Below are positions 13,501 through 25,500 of a DNA stretch of 64,000 nt, piece by piece. Under the pieces are notes generated by a model. It had not been told where the DNA came from. It made no database searches and saw only the letters and a program-made list of their open reading frames with translations. Position 1 is the stretch's first letter. Each line of letters starts with the position of its first letter. Location of the stretch: contig CAIIXF020000001.1 of the NCBI GenBank assembly GCA_903813345.2, forward strand, positions 31,992,001 to 32,056,000, given 5' to 3'. The translations under genes and the position numbers were made by a program. This stretch comes from Owenia fusiformis (lineage: Eukaryota).

Positions 13501-16500
13501 TTGAAAATAGGCAACATTTTGAACCTGGACACACACAGGAGGGACTTCTGTATTAAAGAAGAACCAAAATAATTTAAAACACCAATCTCTAATATTTGTT
13601 TTATGAAAGAAATAAAAATGTTACCATAACTAAACTTAAATATTCAAAAGATCACATTTCAATTAAAAAAAATCAAAATTGTTGGCGACATTGAGAACGT
13701 CGAAATAAACTGATGAACTTCATTCTCCAAACCGAGACTGTTTTCCAGCCTTATCAATGTTGTAACAGTTTTATTACCTCAATAAATTATTGTAAACTAG
13801 ATAATGGCAACTCCACGGAGTAGCAAATCCCAACGAACAAAATATCAATTACCGAATTCCAATCAATTATACTCATTACTTTGGTTGAAAATGAAGAAAT
13901 TAGATTTTAGAATTGCGAATTCCTGCAAAGCAGCCATTTTGAATTTTCTGAGGTACAAATCTGAAAAATAATACCATAATTGTGATCTACTCCAAAATTC
14001 CTTCAATTTGAGTATAATATAGCCATACTTTGAAGGGATCGAAAAATTATTGCGAAATCGTACATTAGACGGCCATTTTGAATTTTACGAGGCTCGATTC
14101 AGAAAAAAGATACAATATTTGCAATCTACTCTTAATTGCCTTTCATTTGAGTATAATAAAGCTATACTTCAGAGAGATCTAAAAATTAGCGAAAATTTCT
14201 GTTTTCCTGTCCCCCCATACATGGCCCCTGGGGGTCAGGATGAAAAACACGGAATATATGTGAAATAGATAAATGTTGTGAATACACTACCGAAATTTCA
14301 AACAATAATATTAATTACTTTGGTTTAGAATGAAAAAATTTATGATTTTTGCGAAAAAGTCCCGTCAGTTTTAAAGCGGCGGCCATCTTGAAAAAATTTT
14401 TTTTTGCGTAAAACTATTCACCAATATACATCTTTCCACTAAATATGAAGAAAATCTTTCAACTAGTATTTGAGTTATCTTCCGGACAGACGGACGGACT
14501 GACTGACTGACTGACTGACTGACTGACGGACAGACGGACGGAGGGCTTCACTATATCCCTAACGAACTTCGTTCGTTGGGATAATAAAATATAATATTTT
14601 CCATAAACTGATATAACAATAGGCAATAAATAGCTTCAAAATGAAGATGCATGTACAGAACATGTATATGTATATAAATTAAATAAACTGGGCTGGTCTA
14701 TTACGTTATAATTATGCGGAATATATCAAATGGCTAATTTGAAAAAAGGTCCTTCCGAAAAGCCAATGGTAAGACTTCTTCAGTAGAGACTAGCCTGTTT
14801 TTCATTCAAAACTTTTTACCTCCTATCAAGATGAGTCTCTTGATTAATTGGAATGATTTTAAACACAACAAAATCTTTTAATATTTTCAGCATTTTTCAC
14901 TTTAATTCAGAGGTTCAATCTGACTTTTCTACTTAGCCTTTTTAATAATGACTTAAAATACCCTGACAATATCAATATGGTTTTCCATGATTCCTGAGAG
15001 AAACTTCAAAGAGTATTGAGTTATCGCCATTATCCATGTTAATATGCACCATGTGTTATTGAGATGTTCTAACAGTATGAAACTATCACATGAAAACCCA
15101 GTTTTTAGAAGTTAGACAGATAACAGTGATATCCCCAAGATGGGTGCAAAATTCTCATTTTCACAATTCAGACCAAAATTGGTCAAAATATGCCAATTTT
15201 TCATGATTTTTCTCATTTCCAACTGGGTGCAAATGGATTTTCAGGTAGGTGCAAAGCTGTTTTCAAAATCTCAGGTGGGTGCTGTGCCCACTTGCTTTAA
15301 TCCTGTAGAGACCAATGTACCAAACAGTAACAAAACAAGTCAACCATATCCCAACATTACCCGGCAACAACAATACCCCAATATTACTAGGCAATAATAT
15401 TCCCAAATTACCAGGCAACAACAATACCCCAATATTACTAGGCAATAATATTCCCAAATAACCAGGCAATACAATTCTAACCATACCAAGCAATTATTAA
15501 AAAGTTGTTTAAATATATTACAATGGAACCAATTAATGTAAAAAGGTACCAGACCACATAATCATGGTTATCCATTGAAAGCACTTGTATTATGTCATTA
15601 AGGGGAGGTGACCAAATGCCAAGATGAAGAGTTCAATAAAATGTAGTAAATTTTGCTATTTAGGGAGGGGGTAAGAATACAATTTCATATTTCATATGTT
15701 ACATATACACGGGGGATAAGCAAAACGAGGGCGAAGCCACGGACTGCGACTCGCGTAATTCAAAACGAGATTACAACGCATTATAGCTGAACAATGGCGG
15801 TAAGTCCAAACTTAATTTGGAAGGCATGTTAGGATTTGGGGTAGATTATTGGTTTGGATATTCTACAGAATAGCTAGTATGTTCCAGTCGGTGATCAACA
15901 TATTCATACTCCAACTGCAATGGCATTCTTGGTGCTCGGCTGTCCAATAGTTTAGCATGAACACAAATGAATTCGAAATCTGCCACAAAAAATGTAATTT
16001 TGTCAATATTTGTCCCTTATATACCGATTTAAACAAAGGAATCAGAAATGACATCGAATTAATATAATTATTCATGTTCTGTTGTTACAATTACATCTTC
16101 GTGTGATATTTGGTAAGCGGAAAACGTACAATTACATAGAACATTGGAATTTATAATAGTCGCAGTCCATCCATCTGCCCAACGCAGTCCGCGACTCAGT
16201 GTTGCTTTATATCTGAAGCTGAACGCAATCACAGCCAAAGGTAGATAGCACAATGTGTGTACAGGTGTGGCCGAAATGGAGCAACTTTGGACAAAATTGA
16301 ATATAAAGGGCTATTTTAATAGACCTACATCGTTTCTCAATCCATTCTGCAAATATATACAAGCTGTCAAATACAGCTGAAATCATGAATTTATGGTAGC
16401 TAGCAATATTGATGGACTGTTGGAAAGATCATCCAAAATTACATTAACTCACCAACTCTCCAATTATTTGATATTTTCCTGATATCTTAAATACTAGTTA

Positions 16501-19500
16501 ATGTACCCTTCCCCAATAGGTTTTATTGCATCATCAAAAAGTTAATTGTTTCGCATTTCTACTTCTTATAAAAAGTCTCACCACTATCCAATTATCTATA
16601 TATTTAAACCTATCCACAAATTGGTTTGTAATAAACATATTACGTTGTCATCTTGCGCTCGACTGTTCTGCAAAATACGCTATTGAATTGCCATATTTCT
16701 AGGTCTTAAACGATACAATATAGCAATTTGGCACATTGATTCAGGTAAAAAATATATGTTAATCAACGTAACTTTGAATGATAATCTGGATGCTGACGTT
16801 CTTTTCCTGAAACAATAATAGCGTAGGAATATAGTTTACACTATCTTATTTATTTCGTGTTCGCGGTTGGACTGCGTTGCTTAGAATATCAATGGAGGCT
16901 GTGTTGCGTTGTTGAAATAGCTTTGTTTACTGGACTGCGTCCACTATGAATGCGCAGTTTGAATCTAATTTTCTCCTCACGAACACATTCTATTATCAAA
17001 TCATTTTCACGAATTATACTCGGAGCCTCAACTAACCTTTAGATATCAGAAACGTGTTAAAACTCCTTTCAAATGTATAGTAAATTAAATAATATGCACA
17101 TATTTAACAGGTAAAATCAGAACTTTGCTACTGTTTTAGCTTGATCTGGACAACTGCTTATTTTCTTATCTACAGACCAACAGTGGATACAGAGTAATAT
17201 TTTGGTCACCGATTAGACACTACTGTAACGGTCTGCTTAACGAAATTATTAATACATAAAGCTTTTGCAGTTGCGGTAGTACGACATTTTAAAGTCTATT
17301 CCACTGAAACACAAAAAGGGAGCAACACTTTACATATGAATCCTGTGTGGTAGACAAATAGGAAATAAACAGGTTTTGTAACTTCGAAGAAGCAAACCAC
17401 GACGGAAAACGCAATTCGAACGCGAGTTGGAAATATTTATCTGTATTCTGATTGGTTGATTTTATATCAACTCACGATTGAATCGAATGTTAGATCGCAA
17501 GCGTTGTAGGGCGTCAGACGATATCGGGAGGCACGACTACAAGGTAGGGCTATGCACATTTTCTAGGTGAACAACATTCCTGTTTCTGGACTGGGCGTTA
17601 CTTCGGCTTACAGACTTCATCAACAGCAATATGCAGCAATGAGCAACCCAAGATAAGGATTCGTAAGCTGTGAATCTACAGCAGTCCATTGGGGTGCCGT
17701 AACGGCTGGAATTCGCTGAAGGAATAGCGTTACCACGGGAGTTGAGACCACACAGTCAGCCAAGAGCAGCCAGTCTCCGAAAGTCGAGAGCCTGCACTCT
17801 ACGCAAGTCCCCTATCATCGTGATCAAGTCCACGACGACTTCAAGGGCCAGTCCCACAACCGGTTGCCTCTTATCGTCTCGCATAGCTTTTATTATCTTT
17901 TATAGACATTTTAAATAGACATTTCTGTAGTATTATTTTGAAAGACATTTGCATATCTAGAGTAATAGATTAAATTAAAAGCATCATAAATACCATTGTT
18001 CTTTCTCTCAGTGCAATATTACTTTTTTGATCATACTGTTCTCCATGTTGATTTTAAATAAATAAACCTTGTACATATTGTTATATTTTTACATCACTTG
18101 TCGTGTTGCATATGTGTTGCATGTTATATATGATCTATTAGGTTCTGTCAAAAAGTCCCATTCCCCTCCCCGTTTCGTCCGGTTACATTTGGTGGCAAGC
18201 AGAAACCAGAGATTCCGGCCCGGAAATCTACGCAACACGAGGTAAACTGTCCAGCCATACGCATTTTCGTACGCATAGTGAAGCTACGGGATATCCATCC
18301 ACAGTTTCCTGCAAGTGACCTGATTGCCCATCCAAGTTGCTGCAAGCTTGGAATTCAAGATTGTGCAAGTTATAGCTGAAGTTGAGATCGTCTCCAGATA
18401 GCATTTCCTTTGTGCTTGATCGTGACGTCACCCAGCGCCAGTATCACGCATGTACGGTAACCAGTAACCAGGTACATTGTAGTTCAAATATGTAAAATTT
18501 GTAAAACACTGTTAACTTTTTGTAAATCTTAAAGTTAGTGTAAAAGTACTGTAAATTCTAGTGTATATCAAACTAGCGTAAATCGTACTCTATCATGTAT
18601 GCATGGATGCATGCGTAGCTTAATTGTAGGCCAGGGATTTGCAGGTCTTATCGCAAAAGGCGTAACCCAGTAAAGCAACATACAGCAGTACGGCAACACG
18701 ACCCTAAGAAATCCAGTAGATTTTATGCAATGCTGCATGTAATTTCGAGTCAACGCGGTCCAGTGGTTTCAGCTATCATCTAGGAATTCAGCAAGTAGCA
18801 GTGTATTCGACACTCCAATGCAGTGCAGCAACGTTGATTCATGCTTCAGCGTACTTCGGAGAGCTGTTCCATCGAGCTAGTGCAGTCCAGCAGAGACGTG
18901 CAGTATTAAGTGCATCTCTACAAAGAGCCATTAGCAGTGCAGTGTAACGACGCTGTAGTGAGGCAGTGCAGTTCGTGTACCCTTGCTGATGCTGAGTATG
19001 GTAATGCAATGGAATTTTAAATGTGTTGAAATGAACAGTTTATACATTTGCTGAACTGTCGAATTGTTATTTATGTGAAGATATTTTACCAGTATTTTAT
19101 ATGATCGTGTATTGTCACCAGTAGCTATTGAAAATTGATGCGACTAATTGTATAACTCGCCACAGTTTTAGATTTACAAGCCCAGTAAGGACATTAGTAA
19201 CTATTCTATATTCTCAACAGTTTTAGGTTATTGTATATGTAACCAGTTGTAGGTTGTATTGCTGATGTTCACATGGGATACTTCAAGCAGTGACCTTGAG
19301 CACTTGGAGCAGTGACCTCGAGCACTTGGAGCAGTGACCTCGATAACTTCAAGCAGTTACCTTCGATATGTCAAGCAGTGACCTTCGATATGTCAAGCAG
19401 TGACCTTCGATATGTCAAGCAGTGACCTTCCACATCTCAAGCAGTGACCTTCGGCGTCTCAAGCAGTAACCTTGGTGACCTCGAATGGTATAGGCCTGTG

Positions 19501-22500
19501 TAGTCTGCAGTTGAAACTCCAAGCAACTACGTTAGGAAATGATTTGATATTGCGATAAATTGATTGAAAACCTGCTAAATATTTCATATTCGTTAACTGG
19601 TATGAAACGTAAATGCATTGAAATATCTTGAGAAACTTCTATGTAGCTTGGTCAATGCAACTTAGTCAACTAAAGCTTATACTCTACGAAGCTCTGAGTA
19701 CACACAGTTCAGACTCGGCGCAAATTTTTATAGTAAATCAATGTGCTAACATTTTGCGAGTGAATATTGTATAAAACTGACTTAATTTTAGAAGCTGGTG
19801 CAGTTCAAGCCGATGCAGTTCGTTGCAGTTGGCAGCCCAGTTGATGGGCAGTTGCAATATATTTGTGACATAGCAATGTGTGTGTTTATTATTTTAAAAT
19901 GGACAACGTTTCAGGTTGCTGTGATTTGATATCATAACATTTAGGTTCAGTTGTTGCTGACAGATACAGATTGCGTAGCATACAAGACAAACAATACAGC
20001 AACAAACAGAAGTCACATCCTCCGCCATTGCCAAAGGGCAGTCAAAAAGTTCATTGGTGCATACAGTAGCAGTATACGTTGCCAAAGGGCAATCACTTCA
20101 AACATAGGTGTATAGCAGTATAGATTGCCAAAGGGCAGTCACTTCAAACAGTGGTGTATGGCAGTGTCGATTGCCAAAGGGCAATCACTTCGGTGAAATC
20201 TACAAGGTGAACTCTACAAAATCGACTACCAGGTGATATCTGCAAAGGCAGATGTAGTCATTGAACAATACAATTGCTGTAAATAAATAAATAATCTTGC
20301 TGCTGCAAACTTGTTATCCTACAAATCCTGAGAGAATATATGCCCCCCACCCCCAAATAAAGTATTTTCCTGTGAACCTGTTGTGTTTTGATTATTCTGA
20401 GGAAATCTTCGACCCAAAGTTCTTGTTTTCTTTGCTGTCCTACACATGCACAATATACACACTTGCACATCAGGATCTCTCCAACCTGATGAAATATTAA
20501 TTCATATGGGATTGCAAGCTCTAAAGTTTTTATATACATATCACTCCATTCTGCACCTGTCACAGTAACTTGAATTGAATTTACTTCAACCGATCATCGA
20601 ATATCTAACAATGAATGGCAGAATGCATCAACCAAATGCCATTTGAAAATGCTGCATTGATGTTTTTAATGTGTTTGTGCTAAACCATTGATGACCAACA
20701 ATATATGAAAAACAGATTACCTGTATAACGTCAAAGAACGTAATTCAGCTAAGACAACATATAATTTTAATGTAAGAGTAACAAGATAGTGTGTCTTGCC
20801 CCCACATTGTGTTAATTGATCAAGACCTAGTACTGCTCGAATATATTTGACCATCTATTTGTTTGGAAAATAAATGTCCTCGTAAGAAAGCCTCTTATGT
20901 GAATGCATTCATACTACTCTATCGTCGTGAATATTTTGCGGCCATGTCATAAATAGGACATCGGCATACAATGTGTATATAGTGCAAAGGGCGTTTCGAT
21001 TTTGTTACTTTGAATTTCCGTGTAATGATTAGATGGTAACAAAGTACGAGGTGGATTGTATGTCATATATTTTTGTAAAAACAACAACATTGTGCAAGCA
21101 GTGAATTTTGCGTTAGGAAGACAATTTTAAAGGTGTAATTTAGCAATGGAGCCTAGAAATACACAGCCTGATAATTTTGAAAACCATGAGAAACGGCAAA
21201 TGAACAATGCGAAGGATGAACAGACATATGGAAAAGCGTCATCTATGAGAAATTTTGATTCTTCAAATGAAATGGAGAACTACAAGAGGTGTACATACAA
21301 GGCTAAGCCTGATACATATAATGGCGAAATTTCATGGCGGGATTATGAGTCGCATTTTGAGATATGTGCCGAGATAAATGGATGGAACACGGTCCAAAAA
21401 GCTAAAATTTTAGCAATTCATTTGATAGGTGCTGCCAGAGAAGTTTGGACAGATATACCGATTGAAAGCAGATCAGATTATGCAATATTGACACAGAGTC
21501 TGAAAACACGATTTTCCCCAGAGCAAAGGGAGATCAACAAATGTAATTTAAAGAATAAAACAAGAGGGAAGTCCGAATCTTTGACTGAATTGGGGCAATA
21601 TTTGCGTAGGCAGACAGCTTTGGCATATCCAGGATTCGATTATTGTTTGAGAGAAGAGATTGCCTTTGACCATTTTATGGTTGCAATTTCAAAACAACCA
21701 GATATAAAAACGTATATACGGCTCTCGAAAGCAAAGACCCTGGATGAAGCTATATTAGCTGGCTTGGAATGGGAATCCTACGATATTGTAGATGAAATGA
21801 ATGCTGGGCCCTCAAAACAGAATGAAGTGGAAAAACAAAATATGATTCTAACGATAGAAAAAGAACAGGATTATGTAGAGAATATACTACAATTAGTTAA
21901 AGAGCAGCAGCAAGCAATCGATAATTTGAATAGAGAATTAATAGAAATCAGATCACTGAATAGTGGTACTGATGAAGGCGAGATTGTAAATGATTTAAAA
22001 GGTGTCATATGTTTTAATTGCCAGGGAAATCACACATCGAATATGTGTCCTGATGTTTTATACTGTACGAGATGTCACAATGAGAGGCATGTTAAAGAAT
22101 TTTGTACAGCTGATTTGAATGAAAACACAAGCGAAAGAAGACCTCCCAATAGAGAATTCTCAAGATATACATATAATCACAAACTGAGAAAAAGGAGGAG
22201 GAAATTTGAAAAGTTTGGTGGTAACAGAAACTATTATAGGGACAGTGAATCTGGAAAAGGTAATGTGGACAGAACACCAGGATTGGAGCAAGATTGGCGA
22301 AATCAAGACCATTCCAATGACAATGGGAAAGTGAATAGCTCTCGGACAGAACGAAATGTGAATACTGAATTTACACCAGAAATAAACAAGATGATGAAAC
22401 AAGTAGAAAAATACAAAGACCGAGATATCATAAACAGCATTCTTGAAGATGGTTTATTTGTAAAAGCAAAACTAGAGACGGGGACAGTTAGTTTCTTAAT

Positions 22501-25500
22501 TGACAGCGGATCATGCATCTCAATCATCTCTATGGAAAAATTCATGGAAATTGGAAAGGAGAAAGACATAATTGTGCCACCTTATAATGGATTCAAAAAT
22601 GCAGATGGCAGCCAGTTACCACTTGTTGGATATAGCAATATTAGCCTTGGTATTGGAGATGGTGTTTTTCAACACAAAATATGGATAGCACACATAAGTG
22701 TAGACGCCATTTTGGGAATGGATTTTATAGTCCAGCACAAGTGTATGTTAGACATGGGAAATGGACGCATGCGTATTGGAGAAAATTACGTAGATTGTTG
22801 GACACGAGATTCACGACCCGTCATAAAAGTACTTGTTAACAGCACAGTGAAAGTACCACCAATGAGCGAATTGATTGTAAAAGGTCGGATTAATAGAATA
22901 AGTGGTCCTTACAATGTAGGCAAGAGGCAGCTAGGTGTTGTTGAACCATCACAAACATTTAATGACAAGCATGATGTAATGATTGGCAGGTCGTTGGTCG
23001 ACTTAAAAGATAAAAAGGAACAGGTGATACCATTGAGAGTATTGAATCCAACAGATCAACCTATTGTGTTATACAAGAATACAAGAGCAGCCGAGGTAGA
23101 GTTAATTGACAAGATCGACCATGTTCTTGATCAGTATGGAAACAGGATAAATGCAGTATCCTCTTCAGATAGTAAGCCATCGCAGAAAATTCCAGACTAT
23201 CTAAAAGATTTACACGAAAGAAGCAGCAAGCATCTTAATACTGAGCAATCACAGTTGATCGGAGATTTATTAATTAGATACAAAGACATCTTCGCAAAAT
23301 CATCAGATGACTTAGGGAAAACATCAATTGTAGAGCACACTATAGATACGGGGAACCATGCACCGATAAGACAACCTCCAAGAAGACAAGCATTAGCACA
23401 GCAGAAAGTAGTGACAGAGGAAGTGGAGAAGATGTTAAAGAATGGGATTATAGAACCATCAAATAGCCCTTGGTCATCACCAGTGGTATTGGTTAAGAAA
23501 AAGGATGGAACCACACGCTTTTGCATAGACTATAGAAAACTCAACGAAGTTACGAGGAAAGATGCATATCCAATACCTCGATTAGACACGTGTCTTGACA
23601 GCTTAGCTGGAGCACAGTGGTTTTGTTCAATGGATTTAGCCAGCGGATATTGGCAGGTCAAGATGCACGAGGCTGATAAAGACAAAACTAGTTTTGTTGT
23701 CAAAGATGGATTATTCTCGTTTAATGTCTTACCATTCGGACTGACAAATGCCCCAAGCACTTTCCAAAGATTAATGGAAACAGTACTCCGTGGATTGCAG
23801 TGGAAAACGTCTCTATTGTACATCGACGACGTCCTTACATGGGGAACTTCTTTTGAGAATACCTTGACTAATTTGCAGGAAGTGTTTGAGAGAATCCGGA
23901 AATCTGGAATGAAGTTGAAGCCTAAGAAATGTTCATTATTCCAGAAAGATCTGATCTTCCTAGGACATAAAGTATCCACGGATGGCATTGAAACTGACCC
24001 AGTGAAGGTTGAAAGAATTGTGAATTGGAAAACTCCACGTTGCCAGAAAGAAGTACGGGCATTCAATGGATTTGTGGGGTATTACAGGAAGTTCATTAAG
24101 AACTATTCAACAATTGCAAGACCCCTGAATCAACTATGTGAGAAGACACAGAAATTTGTTTGGACAAAAGAATGTGAAACAGCTTTCCAGACTCTAAAGA
24201 CAGCAATATCATCAGCTCCCATATTGGCCTATCCAGAAGCTGATAGTAAATTTGTATTAGATACAGATGCATCTGACTTTGGGATAGGTGGTGTTCTATC
24301 AATTGTAAAAGATGGGGTAGAAAAACCAGTAACATATGCTAGTCGAACATTGAATAAATCTGAACGTAGATATTGCGTGACAAGAAAAGAATTGTTAGCA
24401 GTTGTTGTATTTGTAAAGAAATTCAGACCGTATTTATATGGCAGGAAGTTCATCATACGGACTGATCACAAAGCTCTCAAATGGCTGTTCAAGTTCAAAG
24501 AGCCAGATGGACAAATAGCCAGATGGTTAGAGATGCTGAGCTCATATGACATGGAAATTCAACACCGTGCGGGAAAGTCACATAACAATGCTGATGGATT
24601 ATCAAGAATGGTATGTCCACAGTGTGGAATGAATGATGGTCGCATAAATGCCATACACGAACATTCTTCAGATCCACAAGAAAAGACAGCACTGGAAGGA
24701 TGGAGTCCAGAAGAGCTTCGTAATATGCAACTTATTGACAAGGACATTGGTTTTGTCATGAAAGCATTTGAAAAACAGAAGAAACCTCCCTGGAATGAAA
24801 TCACCAAAACAAGTCCAGCCACAAAACATCTAATGACACAATGGGATAGATTGGAAGTGAAAGGTGGTGTCCTGTATAGAAAATGGGAATCTTATGATGG
24901 ACGTAAAATTACTTGGCAATTAGTCCTTCCCAAGCAATTGCATAGAGATGTTTTATTTCAATTGCATAGCATGCCTACAGGAGGTCATTTGGGAATTATG
25001 AAAACAGTCGAAAAGGTGAGAGAAAGGTTCTACTGGCATAGTCTGCGCAGTGATGCAAGAAATTGGTGTAACCGTTGTGATCAATGTGCATCACGAAAAC
25101 CCAATTTTAAGAAAAAGAGAGCAGAAATGAAGCTGTTTCAAGTTGGAGCGCCCATGGAGAGAATAGCAACGGATATTCTTGGTCCACTGCCCACATCAGA
25201 AAGAGGTAACAAATACATACTAATAGTGGCAGATTATTTTACAAAATGGACGGAAGCCTATGCAATCCCTAATCAAGAGACTGGAACAATATCTGATATA
25301 GTCAGTAAGGAATTTATATGTAGATGGGGTTGCCCAATGGCCATGCATAGCGACCAAGGTAGAAATTATGAGTCGAAAGTGTTTCAAGAAGTGTGCAAAG
25401 CTTTTGGTATCAATAAAACAAGAACTACACCATTAAGACCATGCTCTGATGGAATGGTTGAACGCTTCAACCGCACGCTGGAAAGTATGTTAAGCATGTT

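Noticed and set aside
20027..20190. CRISPR-like repeat-spacer array
   Set aside because: The spacers are related to each other, the context is a eukaryotic retroelement leader and there are no cas genes
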